This document shows positions 44,801 to 57,994 of a DNA stretch of 64,000 nucleotides, piece after piece; positions within the stretch are counted from its first letter, which is position 1, and every line of letters starts with the position of its first letter. Below the pieces are notes generated by a model. It was not told the DNA's origin and did not search any database. It was given only the letters and a program-made list of their open reading frames with translations. Source of the DNA: Fimicolochytrium jonesii (taxonomy: Eukaryota); assembly GCF_025526975.1 (NCBI RefSeq), contig NW_026515670.1, forward strand, positions 62,001 through 126,000, written 5' to 3'. The position numbers and the translations under genes are program-made.

Positions 44801-45809
44801 TGCCAGATAAGATCCATAACGACACGGGCTGGGGACATTTCGATTTGCGAAGGAATCCGCCCTTTGCCAACGCCAGGACGAATGCATGCGTGGAAGCAGC
44901 TGGATGTTAGTCCAGCCAAGCTGGATATAAGACTAGTGCAGAAGAACTCTGACGGTCCAGAACGCTGAAGTCACGTACCCACATGTGCAGACTTCCCATG
45001 TTGACGTCGAGTATCGAAGGGAAACGGGAATTATAGATAATGGCAAGGTAGATCCGCGTACCTATACGCCATAGGAGCTGGGGCGGGAATGACAACGGTT
45101 GATCGCGTAACGAACACGAAACCAAAAGTCGGAAACTACCCGGTGACCAAACATCGCTTCGTTTCATCAATAGGAACCGTTGTAGCATATCAGCTCGGCA
45201 ACGAAGTCACACCGCGAGCCACTTCAGGTTCTCGATCACTGCATCGCACCACGGCCCCCGATGTGAGGTTTGTGATCAACGTCCCTCTGCCTCAAGACTG
45301 GAAACGCATCTATCATTGTATGCAGCTGTTCAAGTATCGGGCATAGATAAAAGGCGATGAAAGGCGAGGTGCTTAATCCGACCGGAGAGTTCCAAGCTTC
45401 TCGTTGGATATGAGTGTTCGATGGACCACCGAAAACTTCCAGCAGCCACGCCGCAGACATCCACGAGAAAGCGAACACAGGTCACTGTCGATCAATGTCC
45501 TGCGCTGCCTGGGGATATCATCCAGGCGCAGAGGAGCGACGGAAAACGTTCCAACGCGTCGATCCCCTCAGCGATCGCCTGTTGATCAGCGAGTGGCTGG
45601 CATCTTCATCACTTCATTAACACTAAATGACTCCCCGTGAATTCAGCAACGCTCACCTCAACTAATGACAGCCGCAAGCCTGAACGCAAGCCGCATATCA
45701 TGCACCTATTGCTTACGGCCGCATATAAAAAGGTCGCTCTCCCTCGGCTTCCGCTCTTCGTGCCTATTCGTCTTTCGCCCCGCTCAAGTCAGCTTGACCT
45801 TAGTCCAAG

Positions 45810-48800
45810 ATGACCCGGCGTAAACCCAAAGGCCCTGCCGCCACCGTCGCCGCTACACCCCCTGCTACCCCGCATACAGGCCGAGTTGCCAGTATGAAGA
45901 CTCGCACTTCTCTGCTCAAGAACGTCGAAGCGAAAACCAGCGACGGAGATGTCTGGGACCCGCTTCCCGTCGCCACGCCCAATAACGTCCCTCAGAAAGC
46001 ACAGAGGGCCAAGAAAGTCGTTCAGATCCAGCACAAGGAAATCGCAAATGGAAGCGATGAGGAAGAGGAAATGGATGACGATGTTGTCGCGGAGGACAGC
46101 GGGGTAACCGCTTTCAGTAAGAGACATCGCGATCAGTTCCTGACAAGGAACTTCATGCTCATGTGGCTTCATCCCATCCAGCAACGCCGTTGAAGCGTAG
46201 CCCGCGTGCCCCTGTGGACGAAGTCATCATTCTCGAATCCCGTCTCCGTCCGCGTCGCAGTTTCCCGCCGTCCGCCAGCAAGCTGGAAGCGAAAGCTACC
46301 ACTGTTGACCCTGATGCCAACGATGGACAGGACGGTCTTGTTCAAGGTGACGACGATGAAGACGATGAAGACGAGGAAAGTAGCAACAATGATGAAGACA
46401 GTGATGAGGGTTCGGATTCTGATGCGGATAGCATCTTTGCTGAGAAAATCGTTTCGAGCAGGACTCGTAATGTAAGTGACTCGCGAGCGCTGGGAGCGAC
46501 GAACAACAGCGAGCATTCGTGGTTGTGTGGCGAGCGAAGCGAGCGCCAGTCATCATTAGATATCTACTTGTCACGCGCGGAGCTAGCAGGGCATTTTGAT
46601 CAATCATCGCCTCCCTCCATCCATTGTTATTACTCACTACCACTGGCCAACATCCTTCTGCATTCCTTCTCCTAACGGCAGTCTCCTTCGTTCGTAGGGC
46701 ACGGTCGAATACCTCATAAAGTGGGAAGGCTTCACCCACGACGCCGACGAATGGGTCGCGGAACCAGAAGTCGAAGCAGAGCTCATCTCAGATTTCAAAG
46801 AAAAGAAACGATCCCCGCCCAAATCCCGTGTTGCGCTGAAACGTGATGCGACCTTTCTGGATGTTGACGCTTTTGATGAGATTGGTTTTGGTGATGAGGG
46901 GGATGAGATTGAGGTGAAGACGTCGAAGAGACGGAGACAGGGTGGTACGCAGCAGAAACCACGTAAGAAGCGCAGGGCAGCTGATCGATACGATTCCGAT
47001 GGGGACGACACAAACAACGGCTCCGAAGAAGAAGCCGACTCCACACACAAAACGCCCAAACCCCGCACCAAGAAACCCAAATCAGCAGCCAAATCCAAAG
47101 CCAGCAAGCCCGCTGCCGTGCTGGAAGCCCTCACCGCCCGCGCTGCCCTCCGAGCCCAGCACCCTGCCCACACCACCCCTGTGCCAACGTCCACCCTCAC
47201 CCAAACCCTGACCTGCTGCAAACTCTGCGCCTCCCGCGTCTACACCCCCCCTGTCCTGACTCGCAACCCCACCCTCCTCACATCTTTGATCAAAGACCGC
47301 AAAACAGAAATCCCCTCACCCACATATGCATCACCACCTGATTGCCCGCATGAGCTGGCGGTGTGGCATGCGATTGTGGGGAATGAGATGGGGATGGTTG
47401 CCGGGCTTTTGTCGAGGGATGCGGTGGGGGCGTGGAATGGGAGGACGGAGGTGGAGAAGAAGTTTTTGGAGGCTGAGGGGGCGGGGACAGGGTATTTGAG
47501 GAGGGGGACTTTCAGTCATCAAGTCGCGTATGTATACTTTTCCCTCAACCAATCCCTCATCAGCGATGGCGGGTCCTGTATTTGCACGGGCGTTGCATCG
47601 TCAGCCAACGGAAAACTAACAACCTCCCTTCTCACGCCCACGCAGCAAACTAAACCAGTCCCGCGGCAACCGCCAAGGCAACACCGCATTCTACCCCTCG
47701 CCTTCCCTCTCCCTCCTCACCCTCCTGCACCCGCTCGACTCGCGCAAAAAACCCTCCGACAAACCGCTCCCCTGGCACCTCGCCCTCCTTCCCCACATCC
47801 TGTCCGACCCGCGCGTGAACACCGAGACGATGGATTTGGTGATGATGGAGAGTGAGGAGATGAAGGGGGGTGTTGTGGCCTGGGGCGTTTATGAAGCTGC
47901 TGCTGCGGGGAATTGTGGGATGGCGAGATATCTTGTGGGGGTGCTGGAGAATGGGTGGGGGTTTAATGGGATGCATTTGGAAGTTTTGAATGTAGGTTTG
48001 GGGAGTGGAGAAAGTGTGGGTCATTGTTTCATGGGGGAGTTCCGCGGCTGACCGGGGGTCTTTGATTCAGAACTAATGATTGTTTTCCGTTGCTTTTTGG
48101 TTAGACTGAACCGGATGCGGTTCTCTTCCCTTACCGCAAGAACCAGATTCTTAAGAAAGCGACAGGGAACGGGTCCATCACTCCTCTCCAGTAAGTCCCT
48201 CCCACTCCTCATTCCCCTTTCCCCTACTAAACCCCCTCCCTCCCATAGACTCGCAGCCTCCAACCCCAACCCACACTTCCTCCGCCTCCTCTACGCCGAC
48301 CTCACACCCATGGACGCTTCGGAACCAGACGACCGCGGCCGCACGGCCCTACATTTCGCGGCGGGGAATAGGGATCCGGGGTGTTTGCGGTTTTTGTTGG
48401 AGGAGGGGATGGAGCCGGCGAAGGGGGATTTGCTGGGGGTTACGCCGTTGATGTTGGCGGCGAGGTATGGACGGGATGAGAATGTGAGGATTTTGGTCGA
48501 GGCATTGGGTGCGGATCATACCGCGATGAAAGAAGGATTCACACCCCTTCACATAGCCGCCCACTTCGGCCACGCCTCCACCCTCTCCCTCCTCCTACTC
48601 CTCGGCGCCTCACCCACGACCCAGTCCCGCAAAACCAAAGCCACCGCCCTCCACCACATCTGCTCCCAAGGCCACACCGCCCTCCTCGCCACTCTCCTCC
48701 CAGCCCACCTCCCCCTCCTCACCACCCCCGACAAACTAGGCCGCACCCCCCTCCACCTCGCCTGCAAGAACGGACACACCGCCATCGTCAAACAGCTCCT

Positions 48801-51800
48801 CCGTCACGGCGCGGACCCAGACGCGTGCGACACATCCGATAACACGCCTTTACATTACGCGTGCGGGTTTGGGTATCAGGATGTGGTGGAGCTGCTTGTG
48901 GGGTATGGCGGGGCGGACCCGAATCGCGGGAACTGTTGGAAGTTTACCGGGTTGATGGTGGCGGATATGAAGGGGCATATGGGGGTTGTTAGGGTGTTGT
49001 TGGGGATGCAGGGGGTGAGGGTGGATGGGAGGGATAAGGACGGTATGTACTGGTTTTGTTTTTTTCCATGTTTTGGTTGATTCATCATCTGCCCGAGCTA
49101 ACCATTACCTTTACTGTGTTTTTCTTTCAGGATACACGATGCTCCACCGCACGGTGATGACACCCATCAGCTCCGCGTACGAATCGGAACGGATGCTGGA
49201 GAAGACGCGGGCGTTGCTGGAGAAAGGGGCTGATCCCAATGTGGAGGATTTGGAGGGGGCGACGGTGATGCATATGCTGGCGGGGTGTGTGTGTCCTGAT
49301 GCATTGGTGGCGAGGCCTGCGCCTGAAGATACGGAGGTCGATGAAGCGGATACGGGTGCTGATGAGACTTCCGTGGGAGGTCCTGTGGCGGGTGGGGATG
49401 GAGGCGTGGATGACAGTGCGATGGAGATCGATGCGGCGACGGACGGCCAAGCGGGTGATGGTGATGCTCCTCTCACGGATCCTGAGGTGGAAGCGACCAT
49501 GGTGAGCGACAAACGCGTGGACAACGATGCAATGGAGGATGATGAAACCGAAGGGAAGGAGACAGAAGAGACCGCTCCCGACCCATTCTACATTGAAGAC
49601 CATACTGCCCTTCGCGAGAAGCAAGCCGATCTTTTCCTCCAATATGGTAACATGCCAAACTTCCACACCCAACGCCTCCGCAATGGGTACCAACTTTCTT
49701 CCTTCGTTTCATTTTCCGACAGGTGCCAACATCGACCACCGCTCCAAAGCGAACGAAACCCCTCTGTCCGTAGCCCTCAGCGTCCCCAACCTCGACTCCA
49801 TCCTGTTCCTGCTCGCGCGCAAAGCCGACCCACGGGCCGCGACCAACAGCGCCGGCGACAACTTCATGCACTGTTTGTTGAACGAGGCGGCTAAGGCCGA
49901 TGCGCTCTACCTGCGCTGCGGCTCCGCTTATCCTTGGCAGGAATGGGACGAGGCTGTGGACAAGATGGAGCAGGCGTTGGTTTTTATGAGGCGCTTTTGG
50001 GACGGCTTTCTGAAGGCGGGACATGGGGGCCTTGTTGAGGAGTTGGTGAGTTATGCGGGGAAAAGTCTTCCGGTTTTTGTTCCTTTGGGAAATGCCGAGG
50101 ATGGTGGCACCTAACCGGGAATGCGGCACAGATGTCGACGCCCAACAATCTAGGGCAATGCCCATTGTTTAGTGCGGTGCAGACGGGAGTGGAAAAGCAA
50201 CATGAAGGGCGTAACGCGGTCTTGAACAACTTGCGGCAATATTCCTGGTCGGAAAGGGATTTCGAGAGAAATGTGGACTACACGTGGGACAGATTGGTAT
50301 GTCAGCCCGTGTTACGCCCCCTTTGTGGGGAGATATGTTGGCTGACACGGTCCTATAGCTTACCGTGCTGGAAGACATAAAAGACACCGGGGCGCAGATC
50401 CCGGATCCCCCCGTGCAAGTGCCGAAGGACCACAAAGCTGGGGATGTTGCACCGGAGGTGACGGGGAAGACCGCAGTTTATTTAGGTAAGACTGTCAGTT
50501 GGTCGATCAGTTTTTCGTGGAGGGAAAACTCAATTCTTGCAAATGTAGCTGCCAAAAGTCTCCAACCCGTTCTTCTCGGCGACCTCGCGCACCTCGGATG
50601 TGCTGTCGACCACGCCTCCAGTTCCATCCCGACAGCCCTGTTGGAAGCATTTTCGCCAGACCCGGCCAGCAGTCAAGACCCATCTACAGCTGGGATTTCA
50701 GATCACCACAAGGTGACGTTCGATCCTGCCGCCCAGAGATGGAGGGAGACTCTTTCCATCCTGCTGGAATATGAAGCCAACCCCGCTATCGTGTGCGAGA
50801 AGGAGAAGACGACGGCGCTGCTGGAGCTCGCAAAAAGACCCCTGGACTGCTTGACCCAAACGCCCGTTGTGGAAGATGCATCTGCAGCGCCCGTCGTCCG
50901 CCCACTGACGGTTCTAGATTTCATTATGCGATGCAGTGGCGACGGCATCAACTACGCGCGGAAAGAAGACGGCATGACGGCTCTCATGCACTTTGTTCTC
51001 GCCAAAAACGGGGCGGCGGTCAAGGCGCTCGTTGACCGTGGGGCTGACGTGAATGCCGAGAATCTCGCGGGCGAGACGGTGCTGGGCATGGCGGCCAAGT
51101 CCGGTGCTGTCTCCGTCCTCACGCCTCTCGTCGAATCCGGAAGGGTGAACCTTTCTCATCAGGATAAGAATGGGGACACCGCGTTAATGCATACGGTGCG
51201 TTTAAGGGAGCCGTCGGCGGCGCTATGTCTACTGGATGCGTGTGCCGATAAAGCGGATCTGGCGGTTGCTGCGACGAATAAGGAGGGTTGGACGGCTTTG
51301 CACCTTGCTTGCCGAGCTGGAGTCGTGCGTGTCGTGGAGGCGCTGCTGGAAGCCGGCGGCGACCGGAATGCCGTAGGGCCAAACGGAACTTTCGCGCTGA
51401 TTGAAGCCGTCAAAGGCGACCATCTCTCCTGTGTGGTGTTACTGCTCGACGGGGACAGACCTGCGAAGGCGGACGTCTCGGATGACTTGGGGACCTGGGC
51501 ATTGCATTATGCGGTGCAGGCGAAGAGCTGGAAGATGGTCAAAATGCTACTGGACGCCGGTGCATCGGTCACGCGGGTCAACAAGAACCTCCAAACACCC
51601 CTCCATCTCGCCATCCAGCAATCCAAATCCGCGATCAACACCTCCTTGAAGATCGAGCGGTTGCTCATCGAGAAAGGCGCCTCCACGAACGCGCAAGATT
51701 GCCAGGGCCGCACACCGTTGCATATTGCGTTTGTAGACGTCGACCGCATCCCGTTCATGCAATACACGAGGGATCAGAAGAAGAAGCATGATGCGTATCG

Positions 51801-54800
51801 CGCAGCGCAAGCCGCGAGGCAGGAGGACACAGAGCGGAGAAAGCAGATCGTGAAACAGTATGCGTTTGGTGATGTGGAAGCTGATATGTGGATCGCCGCA
51901 CCCGCGCTGGAAGTCTATCGGTTGGAGAAGCTGAAGGAGAAATCGCAAGGCGATGCAATGGATGCTGACGATCGAGACCCTGGGAAGGAATGGTATACAG
52001 GGGTTTGGGAAGGTGACCAGACGTCGGCGGCCAATAAAAGCGATCCGATTGAGATCGTCAGTTACTTGCTTGGTGTCGAGGGCATCAAGCTGGACACGGT
52101 CGATAAGTGAGTGTTCGACGGTGCGTTTGGGGACATCTCAACGACGCCTGCTTATTTTTTTTCCCTTCAAATCTGCAGATTCGGCAGGACTCCTTTACAC
52201 TACGCAGCTAGCGTCGGTGCCTTTACTAGCTCATCCTACCTCCTCGAACGTGGCGCGTTGCTAGATTCGGAGGATCTGGACACGAATACACCTCTTCAAA
52301 TTGCGCTCTTGTACGAACACATCGATTATGCGGTCATGCTCGCCAATAAGGATGCCCAAGTTTTGCGCCATATGACTATTCCGAACCGTTCTGGGCATAC
52401 TGCGGACAAGGGAACGCTGTCGACGTTCAAATATTCCTTGCGCAAGGGCTACATGGCCCTTGCGTATCTCATCATGGCCAAAGGCCAAGATTTGCTACAG
52501 GCTGTCCATGATGCCGTGAGTACCGGCAGGTACCATATCGCAGTGCTATTGCTATCCGAGACGCCAGCAGCCAAATTGCGTGAAATGCGCAATGGGAAGG
52601 GCCAGACTGTGTTCCACGTCTGCTTCGATTTCGCTCCTCTCCAGGCAACTGTCGCTGATTGGGACGAGTATGGGCGTGAACTTGTCGACATGTTCTTGGA
52701 CATGAAACTTGATTGGACTACGAAGGACTTGGAAGGCAGGACTGCCCTCCATTATGCGGCCGCAAATGGACATACCACTTTGGTGGCCAAGCTGCTGGAA
52801 TCAGGGGCTGCTGATGTGGCTGCCGTGTTAGACACGCATGGCAGGTCTGCACTTGGCTACGCATTGGAAAACAGGCACCAGTCAACTGTGGAGTTGCTGT
52901 TGAAAGCTTGTACAAGAATCACCGAGGATGACAAGAGCACGAAGCCGTCGTTGATGAATCTAGCAATCGGGCTTCGGTCCAAGGACATCTTGAAGGTATC
53001 TTTACGACGTTCGCGACGAACATGCACATCTTTGGAGGGGACCTCTTGCTGATTTTTATCATCTGGATCTCGATAGGCCCTCGTTGATCTAGGTGCTTCC
53101 GTCAATGATGACGGAGTCGCAAATAATCACCCCACAGCCTTGGTGCTCGCCGTCCAGGCGGACAAGCCAGATTTCGTTCAGATGCTGATCGAGGCGAAAG
53201 GGGACGTTAATCAAATCTGCCCTATCAAGAAAGTCGGGAAAGCTCTTACCACCTGCGCATTGCTGGAAGCCCTCGACATTGCACTGCAAAAGGAAGCGAC
53301 GGATACCTCGACAAAAGCCGGTGGATCCGTCTTGGATATGCTGCTTGACGCTGGAGTCAACACCAATATCACGGAGGACGAGTCTCTCCGCTCGCCGTTG
53401 CATTTGGCACTAGCTGCAAAACATTGGCGGATTGTCGAGGCCTTGATTCGCCATGGCGCTGACGTCAACGCGGTGGATCCCAAGACAAACCGAACTGCGG
53501 CCCAAATGCTGGTGTTGGATAACCTTGTAACAAAACTACCAGGCGGTCTGGTAAGTGCATTTGTCGAAATTCGGAATCCCATATATTTTCGAGTTCCAAG
53601 CTGACAAGCTTTATACTACTTTGTAGGATACGCTCTTGTTTGCAAAGGCGAACATGAACTTGATTGACAATGCCACCGGACACTCCATCATCGACTTCTT
53701 GCTACTCCAGAAAGGCCTCTCCGAGAGTGAGAACGTTAAGCAGCAGCCCGCATTCTCGCAGATTGAAATGGCTCTCAAACTTGGTGCCGATGTGAATGTC
53801 CGCTCTCTGACGGCCGTCAATCCAGACGACTTGACCACGATGATGAAATGTGCTGCTGGCAATTATATCGAGTCGTTCAAGCTTGTGGTTACATCTTCTC
53901 AGACTTCTGTGGACTGGAGCGCGAAGGACAAGCATGGTCGTACTATCTTGCATCTCTTGGTGCGCCCTAGACCGATGGTGGCGTACGAAAACGCTGAGCT
54001 AGTGAGGTTGGCGGTTGAGAAAGGTGCAGATTTGGAGGCGGCGGACAACGATGGTATGTGAAGCGGCGAACTACCCATCCGGGTCACATCTGATGACAAA
54101 GAACTCAACTCTGGTTGATCTCGATAGGATTGACGGCTGTGCAGTATGCAATGGACAACGCCAACAAGGACATATACGAGCTGCTCAAGGAATTGGGAGC
54201 CAAAGATAGCGCGTCAACAAGGACTGAATCAGACGACGCCCCGACAGCTATGGAGATAGACTTGGCGCCGCAAATCCAGATAGACATCGAATCGGACGCC
54301 GAGCGCGGCCGGCACGATGTACGGGAGGCGGACCGCATCGCCAAAGCGAAAGCCCGAGTCAAGCTGGCCAAAGAACGCAAGGTCACTATCGAACAGCTAG
54401 ACGCCGAAGACCGGCAGAAGTCACTACTCCCTGATCCATTGCTGGAGCTTGCCGAAGTGGCTCACATCGTTACTGACGCCAACGACGACCCATACGACAT
54501 TCTCATGACCAAGACCGACGTCGACAAGGGCCATTACGGCTTGAATGTTTTCTACAAGATGCAGGTGGTTTACAATCGTGTTCAGGACATCCATATTTTA
54601 TGGACCCGGTGGGGCGGAATAGGCGAGGACGGGATGTATCAGCGCACGCCCATGAGCACCAAAGAAGCCTGCGTGGAAGAGTTCTGCAAAATCTTCAAAG
54701 CAAAGAGCGGGAATAGTTGGGAGGATCGCGGACCAGAGGCCTTCGTGCCCAAGCAAGGAAAGTACATTCCAGTCAGACCCAGAAAGGAGCCGGACGTGGA

Positions 54801-56736
54801 GATCCATTCGTTGGACGTTTCCGACTCTCCTGCATCAAAGCTGAGCGACGAACTGCAAGATGTGATGCGCATAATCACTGACGTCAAGGGTCTGAAGCGC
54901 GAGATGGCGGAAGACAAGGTCGCACTCCCGCTCGGCAACATCGAACGCACCACCGTTTTGCAAGCGTACAGAACTCTCTGCGAGATCCGCGATAAAGTCA
55001 AAGCGCTGGACACGCTTCGCACAGCGTCGGCAATCCCCGATGTAAAAGCCATGAAGTCCGCCCGCCGCGATATAGCTGATCTGAGCAACACGTACTTCAC
55101 TCTCCTCCCATCGACGCATGACGGACGCAGTGGAGGCACCACCGCCCTACTCTCCATGTACGAGGTCAACGCCCAAATGGAGAAGATGGCCGATTTGCTG
55201 TACCTCGGAACCGCCTGCGACACGCTTCTCGCCGCGCATGGACGTCGGAAGGAAGTCAACCCATGGGACTACGTGGCGGCTGCTTTGAAGTGCAAGCTCA
55301 AACCAGTACTGGATAGGGAGAGCGACGAGTTTAGGATGGTGCGCGAGTATATGGAAGATACAAGCGCGGGGTATGACATCGTCTCGCTGATCGACGTGGA
55401 AAGGGGTGGAGAAAAGGAGAGGTTTGCGCCGCATGCGAACAATGAAAACCGGAAGCTGTTGTGGCATGGTTCCAAGTGAGTTTTCACAGATTGCAATATC
55501 CCATGACCACCTCTCTGACAGTGGAAGTTGATGTTGTTGCAGCACTGGTAACTTCATGGGCATCCTATCCGAGGGGCTGAAGGTTGCGCCCGTCGAGGCA
55601 GCGTCCACCGGATACATGTTTGGCAAAGGGTAAGGCCCACCACGTTCCCGATCCGGTTGACTGACGAATACTAACTGTGAATGCGCGGTCCATAGCATCT
55701 ACTTCGCCGACACCTTCTGCAAGAGTGTCAACTACAGTAGCGTCGGCAGCGGCGTCTCATGTCTCCTTCTCTGCGAAGTAGCTCTGGGCAAACCAAAGGA
55801 ACTCGAGAACCAAGAATACATGGAGCACCCAGCGGAAGGCACGCAAAGCACACTGGGTCTAGGACAAGAAGGTCCAAGTGGACAATGTTTCATCGCGAAA
55901 GACGGCACACGTGTCCCCCGGGGTCCGATTATCAAGTACCCACTTCGTACGAAGGCTGATGGCACCCCCATACCCCGCTATCTTGCGCGGAACGAGTACA
56001 TTGTGTACGATCCTGCGCAAGTCAGGATCCGGTATATGCTGATCGTGCGGCCGAAGGAACAGTGCGTGTTGTGCGAAGAGAACGATGCGGGAGTCGAGCC
56101 GATTGGAAAGCATGCCGATTCGTACAAGGATGTCGTCAAGAACTATGATCTCCCTAGCGGAACGTTTGCGAACAATAAGTACGAGCGCGCGATCGTGCGA
56201 GGGCTGTTGTATGCGAAAAAGACGGATGTGAAACAAGTCTGGACGGATAGACTGCCCACCGTTCTCCGTCAGAAGACTTACGGTAAGTAGGCCTTCATCC
56301 TGCGATGTGCATGGTGGTTTGATTTCCGCTCCAAAACCTGCGGGAAGCAGAGCACAACCAGCTCATCAACGTGTCTTTCCTCCGTACGTGAACTCCATAG
56401 CAAAACGCTGGCAACCCGTTACAAGCCTCAAACCGCACAGCGTGATCTGCAACAGCTGCAACACCACCATCCTGTCCGACATGCTGATCGACGTGATGCG
56501 AGACTCGCAAGACCAAATTCCAGGTATGATTTGCGCTTTGAGCTGGGTTTCAAGGGATGTTCGTCCACCATCGTGAACTCACTAACGATTCTGCCTTACT
56601 CGTCCGTTCAAATTGCTCAGCCGTCCTCCGCCGACCCAACTGTTGGTACGGTACCCAGTGCCGCACGCAAAGCAAGGATTCTGGTCATGCGAAGAGATTC
56701 AATCACTGGTGTGACCCACTTCAATTACTTGTGTGA
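45810..56736 (+). CDS. Tankyrase-like poly(ADP-ribose) polymerase: chromodomain, many ankyrin repeats, WGR, PARP regulatory and catalytic domains, CHFR-type cysteine-rich region and PBZ finger; multi-exon
   Basis: Chromo [24 protein letters not shown]...EWVAE; ankyrins [27 protein letters not shown] and others (48330-54160); WGR FYKMQ...WTRWGGIG...[13 protein letters not shown]; catalytic LLWHGS|...GYMFGKG|IYFAD...KSVNY...LLLCEVALG...[15 protein letters not shown]; last exon [13 protein letters not shown]...HAKRFNHWC. Confidence 0.88.
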
Positions 56737-57994
56737 AACCCACAACTGCCGTCGAAGTTGCTTGACGTAGCTCAGTCATAGTTTGTTGGTTAAATAGCTT
56801 TGTGATATTTTGTCTTAGGCTAGATTGGACTTTTGCATTAGGAGTCTAGGACTCATCGGCGTATGTTGCGTTTAGATAGGGACATTTTTTCTTCATACGT
56901 TGTCGAACAGACACTTTCGGCCATCCGCTCATATACTCAAGACTTTGGCGGCTCATTCCGCTGAGGGTGTTTTGCTTCTGAAACTCCCTTTTGGTGCTCG
57001 CTCACCAGCTCTACGCTATGTTTTCGTCCCTAATTCCTAACTGAGTACAGTTCACCGGTCTGAGCTTGGGTTCTGCCCATCGAACGCGCTGTCGAAATAC
57101 TGACAAAACCGAGTAATCCGTCGCGTCTCCTCTGCTTTTCCCATCTACTTTTCCCCCGCGTTCCCAATCTTTCTTCGGCAACCACGAAATGAATCGCGCG
57201 CCGCAGTGCGCGAATACCATCATGACTTCTCAGAGGAATTGAGCCACTTGTGCTTTCCACTCGGGTACTCTGAAATTCCCAAATGCCGCACAAATCGCGT
57301 ATGCAAAAAAAAAACCATATGCCAGACGAAATCCATATAATTAAACCCCCTCCGCAAATCCCCCATTCGCAAAACGAAAAAGATCATACACGCCACAGCC
57401 CCCCCAAAAACGGAAAAGGCCACCCATAGGAAAAGGTATACACACTATGTACGTTGAGAAACAATCGACCCGCCTCGGCCGCACAAGGGGATGGGGGAGG
57501 GAATTCGCTACGAATCCTTTGGTGGGGTGATGGTGGGGTAAGGGATAGGGTGTGCAGTCGACGTCTGTGGAGGAGAGACGTGGCGGCGGTGGGACGGATG
57601 TGGATGAGCATTAGATCGGCTCCGTGAGATGTCACTTGGAACCGGTGAGCTGGTCATCGGCCGCACCCGCGGTGTGGGAGGGGTTGGAGTCGGACTCCCT
57701 GGACACCAGGTGGGCCATGGGGTACAAAGACTCGACTCCGAGTCCGACACCGCCGACACCCGCGTGGATCTCCCGACCTTATCGTGAGCCATCCCCCCCT
57801 CATACGCACGCCCATCCACAGCACCGATCCGACGATCGCCTACGCCGTTGCAAAGATCCATGCATTGACGACGACGATGATGATGATGATGGCGACGGTG
57901 ACGAGGACATCGATCGTCGACGGTGAGTAGTTCCTCAAGTGTGTGAGGACGACGACGATGATGTACTGAGCCCCACCCAGCGATGTCCCGCTCT

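Noticed and set aside
42550..45650. Scattered 60-180 aa ORFs between the BET-GATA and PARP genes
   Set aside because: No coherent exon chain or recognisable motif; possibly decayed coding DNA but not supportable.
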